Part shown: in pieces, positions 7,536 through 17,984 of the stretch
Position numbering within the stretch: position 1 is the stretch's first letter
How the letters are laid out: the number at the start of each line of letters is the position of its first letter
From: a virus
Taxonomy: Duplodnaviria; Heunggongvirae; Uroviricota; Caudoviricetes
Direction: 5' to 3' (one strand)
Length of the DNA: 39,161 bases
IMG/VR virus record: IMGVR_UViG_2706794670_000014
The notes under the pieces: generated by a model
What the model was told of the DNA's origin: nothing
Databases searched by the model: none
Seen by the model: the letters and a program-made list of their open reading frames with translations, nothing else
Made by a program: the position numbers and the translations under genes

Positions 7536-8095
7536 TAAATAGTCTCCTCTTCATGGCTGTTTGCATAAACGTAAATAAACGTCTGCCATGCAGGCTTATA
7601 ACGGTTCAGAATACATTCCAGCGCACCGCCTTCATAAATACGCAGCGGCGTGAGAATATCATCCAGCACATTCATATTCCGGTAGCCGGTTTCACTGTTA
7701 ATCGTGACAATACTGACCCACTGCGAATCCGGTGAGGGCTGAATGTCAATCTGATAACCAAACTCCGCCGCAAACCGGATATAAAATTCACGGTTCAGCG
7801 AGGGCTTCATCCGGTATTTATTTCCGGCATAACGCTGTCGCTCCGTGAGGGTGGCTCCGGCCATATCACACTCGGGAAGCCCGAGATAACGCTCCCAGTC
7901 TTCCAGCAGCAGGCGCGACGTGTCAGGGAAACGCTCGGCAAGCAGCTGTTTACCCGTCCAGGATACACGCGCTGTCGAATGACTGAGGCCCAGACATAAT
8001 GATGCCAGTACGGATGACGGACGCTTGTCCCATGCCAGCCCGTCAGGCAGTAACTGCAACAGGGCGCGCTGATGCGGGGTCAGGGTTACAGCCAT
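7535..8095 (-). CDS. Tail protein (Mu gp48-like, DUF2313-type)
   Basis: Size and position between the baseplate J-like gene and the tail fibre. Confidence 0.55.
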   Translation of the reverse strand: MAVTLTPHQRALLQLLPDGLAWDKRPSSVLASLCLGLSHSTARVSWTGKQLLAERFPDTSRLLLEDWERYLGLPECDMAGATLTERQRYAGNKYRMKPSLNREFYIRFAAEFGYQIDIQPSPDSQWVSIVTINSETGYRNMNVLDDILTPLRIYEGGALECILNRYKPAWQTFIYVYANSHEEETI

Positions 8096-9172
8096 GTGAT
8101 TTCTCCTACCGTCAGCAGCTCACTGTCTCCCGCCTGAACTGACGTCAGCGGACTGCGCACTTCAAAATCCTCCAGATTTTTCACCCCTGCCACCGCCCGC
8201 CAGAAAGACGACGGCAGAACCAGACCGCCGGGCCGGGATTCGTTATACAACAGGTCGGTCAGCGCCTGTTTTACGGCCGCCTGATTCTCCGGTGTTTTCG
8301 GGATGATCCTGATGCTGAAGGGCACCGGCTTATTGGTCAGTTTAAACACGGTCACCGTCGGCCCCAGAGGCTGTCCGACAGGCTGGCCGGTCGCCGGATC
8401 ATCATGACTGCGGATATAATCCGCCACCCGCTGAACATCACCGTCACCGGGGAAAATATCCGGGTTATTATCCTGAACAAACGTTACCCCCACGCTGCCC
8501 GCCTGCGGCCATTCCGGGCGGCACCATGCCCGCGTCACGCCCGGCACTTCACGCGCCCAGCGTTCAAANNNNNNNNNNNNNNNNNNNNNNNNNNNNNNNN
8601 NNNNNNNNNNNNNNNNNNNNNNNNNNNNNNNNNNNNNNNNNNNNNNNNNNNNNNNNNNNNNNNNNNNNNNNNNNNNNNNNNNNNNNNNNNNNNNNNNNNN
8701 NNNNNNNNNNNNNNNNNNNNNNNNNNNNNNNNNNNNNNNNNNNNNNNNNNNNNNNNNNNNNNNNNNNNNNNNNNNNNNNNNNNNNNNNNNNNNNNNNNNN
8801 NNNNNNNNNNNNNNNNNNGGTGATACGGTAAACCACGCCATCACTTCGCTGGAGAAGCACACCTTCCTTGATCCCCGCATCCGTGGTCAGCATCAGCTGA
8901 ACCGGCCCGTCCCCCCGAGAGGCAGGCTTACGCATGACGCCCCAGAATGCACAGTGTTTCAGCAGTTCGGCTTCATCGGCTTCGGTCGGGATGATCTGAC
9001 GCGCAATCCAGGCCAGATGCTCATGCTCCTGAGCAGATAACCCTGCCTGAGCGTAAGCAATGGCATTCAGGGTGGTTTCATTCACACCCGGCTGCGAGCC
9101 GGGCAGGCGCTGGCTGATATCCTGCTGTGTCTGCGTGATTAACTGTGCCAGCGGTAAAGGCTGATAAGGCAT
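8086..9172 (-). CDS. Baseplate J-like protein (Mu gp47-like); middle masked by N
   Basis: The N- and C-terminal ORF pieces flank the N-run 8569-8818. Both resemble Baseplate_J family proteins. Confidence 0.6.
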
Positions 9173-9609
9173 TACTCCCCCTTAAGATCAGCATAAAAAA
9201 TCATGGGCCTCACTGAACCATCAGGCAGGGTTATGCGCACCGAAAGCGCCAGCCGCGCGTGTCCCACACGTTCTGCATGACAGACCACGGATGACGCCAC
9301 GCCATCCTGACTGAGCCAGCCCAGCGCCTCATCCGCGTAAGCACGGGCACGGCTTATCACCGAGGCCAGCGTTTTTTCCCGGCTGAGAAGCCACAGACGG
9401 GAGCCAATGGGGCGCGGGCGAAAACTGTCTCCCCACCATCCCCGGCGGTCGCGCGTACCGTCAGGGATTTCATCCGATGCCAGCGCCCGGCGGTCAGTAA
9501 ACAGCGAAATCAGAACGGCCGTCAGCAGACTGTCATCCGTCAGCAAGTCGGCACCGTTCAGTTGCAGCGAACCGCACCCCTGATCCCATACAATTGCAAT
9601 ATCAGCCAT
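9172..9609 (-). CDS. Baseplate protein (Mu gp46-like)
   Basis: Internal start MADIAIVWDQ... overlaps the end of the upstream gene. Position in the baseplate cluster. Confidence 0.5.
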   Translation of the reverse strand: MADIAIVWDQGCGSLQLNGADLLTDDSLLTAVLISLFTDRRALASDEIPDGTRDRRGWWGDSFRPRPIGSRLWLLSREKTLASVISRARAYADEALGWLSQDGVASSVVCHAERVGHARLALSVRITLPDGSVRPMIFYADLKGE

Positions 9610-10216
9610 TCTCCGGCGCTCCTGTCTTACTGCCTTTGCCGTTATCCTGATGCACATGGCCGGAATAGGTGATCCCGGCAATAACGGCATCAGACATCGT
9701 GAACAGCCCGTCTGATTTACCTGTACCATCAAGCACGAAATTACCCTTAACATGCAGGTTTTTATCCACCGTCACATTGCCCGTAAAGGTGGCCTCCGGC
9801 GTATCCACCCGCATCCCCTCATCGGCGTAAATCTCCAGCATTTTGCATGTCACAATAATGCGACCATCCTTTGTTAACCGTATCCGGTGCCCCTCATGGT
9901 GATACACCCCCGTATCTCCGGCTGTGAGTCCGGTCGGGCGGCTGCGCCGGTCTTCCACCACAAGCACCACAGTCTGATCCCGCTGTCCGCCCAGACAGGC
10001 AAAAAAGGTTTCCGCACCCGGCAGGGGAACGCTGATCTGCCCGTACTGCTGGGGACGCTCCACATCATCAAAGGTTTCGCCGTCCATGCCGGTGAGCTGC
10101 ACATTCTGCATTTTCAGTTCGTCATGTGTGCCGGTCAGAACGCCCCGGCCAAACAACAGGCGAATACCGCGCGTTACCGGGGCAATCAGGCGGCTGAACA
10201 CTTCATCATTCATCAA
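9602..10216 (-). CDS. Baseplate assembly protein V-like / spike (Mu gp45-like)
   Basis: About 200 aa with a Gly-rich C-terminal region, in the syntenic position. Confidence 0.6.
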   Translation of the reverse strand: MMNDEVFSRLIAPVTRGIRLLFGRGVLTGTHDELKMQNVQLTGMDGETFDDVERPQQYGQISVPLPGAETFFACLGGQRDQTVVLVVEDRRSRPTGLTAGDTGVYHHEGHRIRLTKDGRIIVTCKMLEIYADEGMRVDTPEATFTGNVTVDKNLHVKGNFVLDGTGKSDGLFTMSDAVIAGITYSGHVHQDNGKGSKTGAPENG

Positions 10217-11330
10217 AGCTGATCCCCTGTTTTTTCATCTGCTGGCGAATAAAGGCATCAACATCGTCACCGGAACCACCCCGGCCCTTACTGTCCGGCT
10301 CTGCCGGAACGATAAAGCCGTCACGCGGTGCCAGTACCAGCCGGGTGACTTCCCCGTTATGTTCATCAAGTAAAAACTCCACCTGACAGACCAGCAGTTC
10401 AGTCTGTTCTATACCGAAACGCAGGGCTGAAACACCGGTCAGCAGATTGACATCCCATAACCGGCCATCATCCCGGAACCAGCCACGCACGGTGGCAGAA
10501 AACCGTTCTGAACGGGCAATCGCACGGCGCATTTCACGCAGGGCACGCTGCCGTGCACCGGTGGTGTCTGTCTGTTGATCGGCGAGGATGATTTTCGACC
10601 GGTAGCGGCCGATCTGCTCATCACTGATGACGCCCACAGGTGCTGCCAGACGGGCGGCGGATTCGCTGTCTCCCCGTTTGCCACCACCGCGCCCGTGTCC
10701 CCGGACACGGTATTCGCTGTATCGTCCTCGCCAGTCCGTGTTGTAATCGGCATCAAGCAGGTTATCTCCCAGCACCAGTCTGTCCGTCTGCTGGCTTCCT
10801 GCCTGGGTGAACACCAGATCGCCGTCAGCATTACTGGTCACCAGCACCCCGCGATGCCGGGCAGCACGGGTCAGCGCATCCGCCACGGTTTCTGAGTTTT
10901 CCAGCGTAAAAGAGCTGAAGGGGCGTGCAGCCGTGTCGTCGTTAACCTGCCAGCGCACGGCTATCCCGAAGGGCGCACATAAATCTGCGGCAATCTGTGC
11001 CAGCGTCCGGTTGCGCCACTGGCTGCCGGGATGGATGGCGGCACAGTCCACCAGGTCGCCGGTTTTATCCCGACCGCTGATGCTGATCTGATGACGGGTT
11101 GCACTGATCCGCTGACTGACCTGATCCAGCCAGCCACTGATGACCGTCTGCCCGTTAATTCTGAGCGTCAGGGACTGACCGGTTCGCAGGGCTGAGGGGA
11201 TGCGCTCACCGGGCAGCATCAGCCCCAGTTCAAACGACCCGGCCAGATGCTCCAGCGAGCGACGGACGCTGACCGTCAGCCAGCCGGAAAAAATACTGCC
11301 ACCGATATACAGTTCAATCCTGCTGCTCAC
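10206..11330 (-). CDS. Baseplate hub, late control gene D-like (Mu gp44 / P-like)
   Basis: 374 aa in the syntenic position after the DNA circularisation protein. Confidence 0.65.
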   Translation of the reverse strand: MSSRIELYIGGSIFSGWLTVSVRRSLEHLAGSFELGLMLPGERIPSALRTGQSLTLRINGQTVISGWLDQVSQRISATRHQISISGRDKTGDLVDCAAIHPGSQWRNRTLAQIAADLCAPFGIAVRWQVNDDTAARPFSSFTLENSETVADALTRAARHRGVLVTSNADGDLVFTQAGSQQTDRLVLGDNLLDADYNTDWRGRYSEYRVRGHGRGGGKRGDSESAARLAAPVGVISDEQIGRYRSKIILADQQTDTTGARQRALREMRRAIARSERFSATVRGWFRDDGRLWDVNLLTGVSALRFGIEQTELLVCQVEFLLDEHNGEVTRLVLAPRDGFIVPAEPDSKGRGGSGDDVDAFIRQQMKKQGISFDE

Positions 11331-12672
11331 TGATCACCTCCACGCTGCGGCCACCCGGAACAAAAACCGGATCGGGGATATTGTTTCTGCGGACAAAATA
11401 CTGCCAGCGACTGCTGTTGCCGGTGGCACGGTACAGCGTGACCAGTGCCGGTTCGGTGGTGCGAACCATGACCTGAAAAGCACCGGGAAGATGCACGCTC
11501 CGTGTGGTTAAATCTTCTGTCAGCGCAAGCCCTGCATCACGTAATGCAAGGGCAGTCCCGGTATAGCCCTGTGCGGACAGATCCAGCACCTGTTGTTCCA
11601 TGGCATCGCTCAAATCCCGGTTGATACGCTGCACATCAGCAGAACTTTCCAGCCAGGCCAGTCCGCCCGAACGGTCAGTATCCTGAACGTGCGTCGTATT
11701 CTGCCGGATGACCTGATCCAGCAGTTTTCCGAGCGTCTGTGCCTGCGACACCAGGGTTGCACTCTGCATCACGCTCCGCAGCAGACGGATATTTTTCTGT
11801 GCCGCAGGCGTCAGGCCAATCAGGCGCTGTGGATCATCCTGTTCGCTGAGGGTGTAACGCAGGGAGGAAAGTGTGCGGTACAGCTGCGGCATGGCCTGCT
11901 CTGCCATGCTGTCACGGTTTGTGGTCAGGCTGCCGGACGGCGTTCCGGCTTTTCCGGTCAGAGACAGGGAAGGATCGCCGGGCAGCCCGGTCAGCACGGC
12001 AAACATTCCGGCCAGCGATTCAGCCATGCGACGGGGCGCATTAATCAGGGCGGCGGCATTGCCTTTCAGGGCAGTAAAACTGGCCGTAAAGGCACTGATA
12101 TCCTGCACAATCCCCATCCCCGAAACGGCATTCTCCAGTGCATCAATCTTATCGCTGATGGTGTCGGTCATGGCCTGTACATCATGCAGACCGTCTGAAA
12201 TCACCGTCCAGCCGTCTGAAAGCGTGTTAAACAGCTGATTCATTGCTGAGCCGCTTTTCTGCTCCAGCGCAGCTGCCGTATCTTCTGCCACCGCAGGGGC
12301 GGTATCGTCACTGGCGGGGATCACGTTGATCGTGAACTCAACCGTTCCCTGCTCGCTGGCGTTATAACGGCTTTCAAAGCTGTTTATCAGCACGTTTAAC
12401 GTGCCGTAATCCGGGTGCATCAGTTCACCGGCACCGGGTGCACGCAGCGCATCACGCAGGCGGCTTCGCTGTGTCTGAAGATCGTCTCCGGTCACCAGAA
12501 CCGTGAATGTGAACTCCGGGAGTTTTGGCCCCAGATCATCCGCACCGCCGCTTTCACGCAGTGGGTATTCACGGCGCACAATGTTACGTCCGCCCCGTTC
12601 CCGCTGCTCCTGATAAACCAGGAACGGTACGCCACGAAAGGAGCCACGCCCCGGCGTGTCAGTAGAGGCCAT
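11314..12672 (-). CDS. DNA circularisation protein N-like (Mu gp43-like)
   Basis: N-terminal SFRGVPFLV motif and position directly after the tape measure gene. Confidence 0.6.
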   Translation of the reverse strand: MASTDTPGRGSFRGVPFLVYQEQRERGGRNIVRREYPLRESGGADDLGPKLPEFTFTVLVTGDDLQTQRSRLRDALRAPGAGELMHPDYGTLNVLINSFESRYNASEQGTVEFTINVIPASDDTAPAVAEDTAAALEQKSGSAMNQLFNTLSDGWTVISDGLHDVQAMTDTISDKIDALENAVSGMGIVQDISAFTASFTALKGNAAALINAPRRMAESLAGMFAVLTGLPGDPSLSLTGKAGTPSGSLTTNRDSMAEQAMPQLYRTLSSLRYTLSEQDDPQRLIGLTPAAQKNIRLLRSVMQSATLVSQAQTLGKLLDQVIRQNTTHVQDTDRSGGLAWLESSADVQRINRDLSDAMEQQVLDLSAQGYTGTALALRDAGLALTEDLTTRSVHLPGAFQVMVRTTEPALVTLYRATGNSSRWQYFVRRNNIPDPVFVPGGRSVEVISEQQD

Positions 12673-12752
12673 AGTTCCCTCCGTTCCAGACGTTCACATC
12701 CAGGCCATGCTGTGCGGTATCATCCACATCAATACTGCGCGCCCGCCAGCCT

Positions 12753-14714
12753 TCAGGGGCAACAAGCTCCACCCGNNNNNNNNNNNNNNNNNNNNNNNNN
12801 NNNNNNNNNNNNNNNNNNNNNNNNNNNNNNNNNNNNNNNNNNNNNNNNNNNNNNNNNNNNNNNNNNNNNNNNNNNNNNNNNNNNNNNNNNNNNNNNNNNN
12901 NNNNNNNNNNNNNNNNNNNNNNNNNNNNNNNNNNNNNNNNNNNNNNNNNNNNNNNNNNNNNNNNNNNNNNNNNNNNNNNNNNNNNNNNNNNNNNNNNNNN
13001 NNNNNNNNNNNNNNNNNNNNNNNNNACCGGCCCACAGGGCACCACCACCCAGCCGACCGGCACCACGGAACAGCCCGGCAAAACGCCCCAGCCCCATGCG
13101 GTTTCCGGCCGCCGTTAGCAGACCACCGGCACGGCTCATCATACGACCGAAGAAGCCCTGTTTACCGGCACTCTCCGCCAGTTGCTCACCGGCAGTCACG
13201 ACGGTCGTGACACCCCGTCCACGTCCGGGGCCGCGTTTTTTACGGCCGCGCACGGTTTTGCCGTCACCGCTGACCACCACATCCCCGCCACCTGAGGCCA
13301 GGCCACCCGCAGGCCAATTGGTGACCAGCACGGGCTGAACGGCAGCCGGATTTACCCCGGTAAGGAAATTCAGGAACCGGCCAGCGCGTCCGGGCTGCGT
13401 TCCCGGTACAGTGGTCTGCGGTTTGCGGAAGGGCGACGTCAGCACGGAGGTCATCGCCATGCCATAGCGTAAGGGGGTTGCGCCGAGACGTAATGCCCCC
13501 GTCCCCGCAAACCTGAGCACCTTCAGCGCACGGGAGGCGAGATACATATACATCAGGTACTTTGCGGCGGTCTGCGCACCCTGACCAATGCGATCCAGCG
13601 CATCGCCATAACCGGCGTCGCGCAGTGCCTGAAGCGTTTCCCTGACTTTCTGAATGACCCGGTAAAAGCCGGTCGCAGCGTCTCTGGCATACTCAAATCC
13701 CTGATTCAGGGCTGAGGCCGTCTGTGTGGCCAGCTTATCCTGTAAGCCGCTTTTCTGTGCCGCATCAGCATAATCCAGAAAGCCTTTCAGGCTCTTTTTC
13801 AGGCTGTCAAACGGTCCCTTTGCCATCACCTCGCGGGCAAATCCGTCCCAGACATCGCCCATCATGGACGTCATTCCCGTCCAGGAATTCATGGCGTTTT
13901 TCTGGGCACCTTTTGCCTGTTCGGCCATCACCTGAAATAACAGGCGAATGCTGTCCGGTCCCAGTTTTCCTTTCTCGCCTTTCTCACGGATGATCTTCTG
14001 GTTTACACCCAGCTTATCGGCCAGCAACTGGTAAACGTTAATCCCGTATCCGGTCAGAATATTGGCGTCCGCTGCCTGGATACTCTGGCGGGCAAACATC
14101 TGTTTGAGTTGCAGGGACGCACCCTGTGCATCTGACAGTGACCAGCCGTGATAGCCGCCCTGATCCTGAAGCATGGTAATAAAGCGACGGGCTTCCCTGT
14201 CACTCATACCGAACCCGCGACTGGAGGCGTATTCCTGCATAACCCCCGCCAGCCCCCAGGTGGTGTCTTTGGCGTTCTGTACCGCCCAGGCTTTCACTGC
14301 TTCCGTTTTTGCCGTATCGCCATGATTAATGGCGTTGAGACGCAGAATATAGTTCTCCATCTCTGCGGCCGGGCGGATAAAGGCTTTATTAAACCCGTAG
14401 ACCGCAGCCCCTCCCGCCAGCATCCCGTAAAGGTTGCTTATCCGCCCGATGGTGCCGGTAATGCTGCCCTGAAGGCGGTCAAAATCTGACGTCACCGTGC
14501 GGATACTGCCACGAACACCGGCAAGCGTTCGCTGCATACGGGAGCCGACAAGTTCTGTCTCCTGACCGGCACGACGTGCTGCATTTCCAAGACCACCCAG
14601 CCCCGTCCTGCCGGAACGGGAGAATGCCCCCAGCTCCTGTGACCACTGGCGGGATTTGGCAGAAATATTGCCGAGTAAATCGACAATCAGGGAGGCTTTC
14701 AGGTTTTTTGCCAT
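12753..14714 (-). CDS. Tail tape measure protein; C-terminal part masked by N
   Basis: Long Gly/Ala-rich ORF between the tail tube and baseplate genes. ATG at 14714. Confidence 0.7.
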   Translation of the reverse strand: MAKNLKASLIVDLLGNISAKSRQWSQELGAFSRSGRTGLGGLGNAARRAGQETELVGSRMQRTLAGVRGSIRTVTSDFDRLQGSITGTIGRISNLYGMLAGGAAVYGFNKAFIRPAAEMENYILRLNAINHGDTAKTEAVKAWAVQNAKDTTWGLAGVMQEYASSRGFGMSDREARRFITMLQDQGGYHGWSLSDAQGASLQLKQMFARQSIQAADANILTGYGINVYQLLADKLGVNQKIIREKGEKGKLGPDSIRLLFQVMAEQAKGAQKNAMNSWTGMTSMMGDVWDGFAREVMAKGPFDSLKKSLKGFLDYADAAQKSGLQDKLATQTASALNQGFEYARDAATGFYRVIQKVRETLQALRDAGYGDALDRIGQGAQTAAKYLMYMYLASRALKVLRFAGTGALRLGATPLRYGMAMTSVLTSPFRKPQTTVPGTQPGRAGRFLNFLTGVNPAAVQPVLVTNWPAGGLASGGGDVVVSGDGKTVRGRKKRGPGRGRGVTTVVTAGEQLAESAGKQGFFGRMMSRAGGLLTAAGNRMGLGRFAGLFRGAGRLGGGALWAGXXXXXXXXXXXXXXXXXXXXXXXXXXXXXXXXXXXXXXXXXXXXXXXXXXXXXXXXXXXXXXXXXXXXXXXXXXXXXXXXXXXXGGACCP

Positions 14715-14841
14715 GGGTTACTGCTTCGTTCTGAGAATTTTTTCGGTCTGTCGGCAGTGCCGGTAAAGCTGCGATAAGGGGAGGTTAAGCGCCCACTCCG
14801 GGCCGCTTTTTGTCACCATCCCCAGCACAATTGCGGCTTCT

Positions 14842-15318
14842 TCAATCTGATCCCGGCACTGCATCTGGTCGCCCCCGTTCAGCGACCAGCTTTCCGGCCA
14901 TCGCGGAATCAAGCAGGCTTACTGCCGCCATCAGTCGGGAGAGATCGCGCTCGCTGAGCTGTCCTATCTGACGCGGAGACAATGGCCCCTCAATCTGGCC
15001 GACAGCGGCAATCTGACGGCGCAGCAGCGCAATGCCGCGCAGTGCCGGTGAGGCCACAAGAACCGGACCGTTTCGGGTTTCCATAAGACGCTCGGCCTCG
15101 CTCTCCGCATCAATGCTGTCTTTTGCCGTCAGTTCGCGGAAGGTGACGCGGTATTCACGGGATTCCCCGAACGGCAGACCGTCGAGCAGATCCACATAGC
15201 CGTTCGCCAGTTGTTCAGCCAGCCCGGCGGTGCGGGGATCGCCGTCTTCAAGTGCATCCCGGATAGCCTCCATCACGGCCTCGTCAGAAACCGCCGTTTT
15301 TTTCTTACGTGTGCTCAT
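14842..15318 (-). CDS. Tail assembly chaperone-like protein (Mu gp41-like)
   Basis: Position between the tail tube and tape measure genes. AGGAAAAA RBS. An overlapping +1-frame ORF (14718..14912) reaches the tape measure start. Confidence 0.5.
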   Translation of the reverse strand: MSTRKKKTAVSDEAVMEAIRDALEDGDPRTAGLAEQLANGYVDLLDGLPFGESREYRVTFRELTAKDSIDAESEAERLMETRNGPVLVASPALRGIALLRRQIAAVGQIEGPLSPRQIGQLSERDLSRLMAAVSLLDSAMAGKLVAERGRPDAVPGSD

Positions 15319-15332
15319 TACATTTTTCCTGA

Positions 15333-15698
15333 TTACTGGACACGGGTACTGGTGGCGCTGGCGAACTTCGCGGAGATATCACCACCACCGTCAAGCGAGG
15401 CCGGTTCACTGCTCCAGGCCTTCGTCATCATGTGGACTTCACCGGTATCGGCCACGAACTCAATCGTGACCGCAGTCCAGGTGTTGATTTCATCGGCAGC
15501 CGGTGAACCTTCTCCGCCCGCCGGGAATTTACAGTCCAGCGTCGCCTCACGGGGTTTCTCGCGATAGCCGTAAACTTTCGCGCCTTTCACCACTTCACGC
15601 TCAAAGCCGGACGGGGAGAACGTGGCCCCCTCAAGGGTGTCGTACTCCTGCCCGTTCACACGGATGGTGGCCGTGCCCTGATACTGTTTTCCGCTCAT
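15333..15698 (-). CDS. Tail tube protein (Mu M-like)
   Basis: 121 aa directly after the sheath gene. GAGGTAAGG RBS. Confidence 0.7.
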   Translation of the reverse strand: MSGKQYQGTATIRVNGQEYDTLEGATFSPSGFEREVVKGAKVYGYREKPREATLDCKFPAGGEGSPAADEINTWTAVTIEFVADTGEVHMMTKAWSSEPASLDGGGDISAKFASATSTRVQ

Positions 15699-15706
15699 GC
15701 CTTACC

Positions 15707-17098
15707 TCACAAAATGAAACGGATCTGCGCGGCCATGAAGCGGAACTGGTTAACCAGATCCGGTGTACACATCACATCCAGACGGTTACGGTCTTTTGTG
15801 TTGCGCTCCACGAGCAGATTCTTTTTAAAGGTGTCCAGATTTTCGACCAGTCCCAGATCCACCCATTCTTCCCCCAGCGAAATTAACTGAAGTTTCATGA
15901 TCTCCGGTGTCACGATATTCTGACCGGCACGAACGGGCGTCCCGTCATCAGCCAGTTTATGGCGCGGAAAACGCTGCGTGATAAAGGTGCGCAGGGAATA
16001 ACGCAGATATGACAGGGTGTAGATGGTTTCCACATCCAGATAGCTGGGATCGATTTCGCCGTATGCATTCTGACGGTACATCGTCACCTGACGTTCAATC
16101 TGCACCACATCCGCGGCCGCGACGGTCACCGTGGACATGCCGGTATAAAGCAGGCTGTTTCGCTCTTCCCGCGTCAGACGATCCGGTGCTTCAGGTGCCA
16201 TACGGGCAGGCAGCGCCAGTGTCTGTAATGGTCGGGCCGGATCCGTTGACAGGGAGGGCGCACAGACCGCACAAATGGAGGCAGCCCAGACATAATCCGG
16301 CTCTGGTGCTTTAGGAATAGAAGTGCAGGTAAACAGGAAGTCATTACGGGATTCACCAAAACTGGTTGCCGTACCGAAGGTGCCGGTATGCGCCATCCAG
16401 ACCATACCGTCCGACATTTTTACCGGTCCCCAGCGTTTCAGCAGTTCATCCGCCAGAATTTTGAGATTTGCCGCATCCTTATAGGGCATGACGATGTAGT
16501 TGTACTGACGATTCCCCATCCCTGAGACGCTACGGGTGATATCGGGGTTTGTTGCCTTCTGTGTTGGCGCGACGAGCTCCAGCGTAAGACCGGCCGGTGT
16601 AGTTTCACCGTCATAATAGTTCACCCGTAAATCATGAGCTGAGCATTCACCGATAAAGCGGGCGTTAACCCCCATGCTGCCTTTAAGTCCTTCAGCATTA
16701 TCACCACTGACTTCAGCTGCGATAGCAGTGAATGGCGCATCAGTGTCAGCGTTAATGACCTTAGCCAGCTCTTCCACAAGCTCTTTACCTTTTTTCCCCT
16801 TACTGACGGGCAGGAGGTAACGGCGACCGCCGATGTAAACACTTAACACCCCGTCTGCCAATGCTGTTCCAATGATATTCATCACGCATGCCCTGGACTG
16901 ACCTGTTCCAGCCCCCTGTGCAATGGCATATAACTCTGTGTCAGGGTTAATGGCGATAAATTCCTCTACCATCAGTGCAATCATGGAACCTCGCCCCCAG
17001 AGTTCTCTTGCTTGTGAAGCTCGGGTAATACGTACTGGTACATCAAGCTGACCGCGCCCCTGAATGGTAGTGTCTTTCATTGCAGCCTGACCAAACAA
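15707..17098 (-). CDS. Contractile tail sheath protein (Mu L-like); N-terminus lies in a masked block
   Basis: 463 visible residues with sheath-like composition, followed by the tube gene. N-run 17129-17378 hides the true start. Confidence 0.8.
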   Translation of the reverse strand: MFGQAAMKDTTIQGRGQLDVPVRITRASQARELWGRGSMIALMVEEFIAINPDTELYAIAQGAGTGQSRACVMNIIGTALADGVLSVYIGGRRYLLPVSKGKKGKELVEELAKVINADTDAPFTAIAAEVSGDNAEGLKGSMGVNARFIGECSAHDLRVNYYDGETTPAGLTLELVAPTQKATNPDITRSVSGMGNRQYNYIVMPYKDAANLKILADELLKRWGPVKMSDGMVWMAHTGTFGTATSFGESRNDFLFTCTSIPKAPEPDYVWAASICAVCAPSLSTDPARPLQTLALPARMAPEAPDRLTREERNSLLYTGMSTVTVAAADVVQIERQVTMYRQNAYGEIDPSYLDVETIYTLSYLRYSLRTFITQRFPRHKLADDGTPVRAGQNIVTPEIMKLQLISLGEEWVDLGLVENLDTFKKNLLVERNTKDRNRLDVMCTPDLVNQFRFMAAQIRFIL

Positions 17099-17128
17099 CA
17101 GTACCGCCTGACGCTGTGGTGGAGTGCC

Positions 17129-17417
17129 NNNNNNNNNNNNNNNNNNNNNNNNNNNNNNNNNNNNNNNNNNNNNNNNNNNNNNNNNNNNNNNNNNNNNNNN
17201 NNNNNNNNNNNNNNNNNNNNNNNNNNNNNNNNNNNNNNNNNNNNNNNNNNNNNNNNNNNNNNNNNNNNNNNNNNNNNNNNNNNNNNNNNNNNNNNNNNNN
17301 NNNNNNNNNNNNNNNNNNNNNNNNNNNNNNNNNNNNNNNNNNNNNNNNNNNNNNNNNNNNNNNNNNNNNNNNNNNNNNCAGGCATCCCGGCGCAGGTTTA
17401 ATAAAAATGGTTGTCAT
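17129..17417 (-). CDS. 5' end of a gene with a strong RBS (either the sheath N-terminus or a separate small gp38-like gene); body masked
   Basis: ATG at 17417 with GAGGAA upstream. Its frame differs from the sheath ORF across the N-run, so continuity cannot be decided. Confidence 0.3.
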
Positions 17418-17420
17418 CTG

Positions 17421-17984
17421 TTATTCCTCTGACAGTCCGGCGTTTTCACCGGCGGCAGTTGCACCAGGCAGACGGATGTGTGCCTTAAATTCCGGCGTGC
17501 CTTCCGGTTCGGTAAAGGTTTCGTAATGGCGCAGGAAATCATCCAGCGAGCTGATATCCGTCAGCGGGTCGATCATTTCCTCGCATGAGAAATACAGGGC
17601 GTACATCACGGCACCGCTGCCTGCCTGCGTTTCGGTGTAACCGTTGACCGCCTTTTCAAAGTAAAGCGGTGAGGTTTTTTCTGCTCTGAAGCCGTCCAGC
17701 ACGGTAATCAGGCGGGCCACAATCTGATAAAGCCCGGGACGGCTGACCTCACGGCCATTGAGCATGTCGCCGATGACGTAGAACACCCAGTGACTGACCA
17801 GACGCCCACGGGTACGCCCTTCACCGGCACCCAGCCAGGCAACATAGATAGCCGGGGCGTTAATCAGCATGGTGCGCAGTACGCTGTCGCTCCAGTCGCC
17901 GGGATGTGTGTCAACAGACACCAGTTCATTCCCGAAATACTCACGGATACGGGCGATGTACGCCTGCTCGGTTTCCGTAATCAT
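17421..17984 (-). CDS. Mu gp37-like protein (DUF1834-type)
   Basis: 187 aa in the syntenic position between the head and tail gene blocks. Confidence 0.5.
   Translation of the reverse strand: MITETEQAYIARIREYFGNELVSVDTHPGDWSDSVLRTMLINAPAIYVAWLGAGEGRTRGRLVSHWVFYVIGDMLNGREVSRPGLYQIVARLITVLDGFRAEKTSPLYFEKAVNGYTETQAGSGAVMYALYFSCEEMIDPLTDISSLDDFLRHYETFTEPEGTPEFKAHIRLPGATAAGENAGLSEE

Noticed and set aside
12415-13338. Long plus-strand ORFs overlapping minus-strand structural genes (for example 12415..13338, 19765..20328, 23984..24583, 26531..27151)
   Set aside because: They lie antisense to well-supported phage genes in GC-rich DNA, have no RBS that I can see, and have low-complexity Arg/Pro/Ala-rich translations typical of shadow ORFs.
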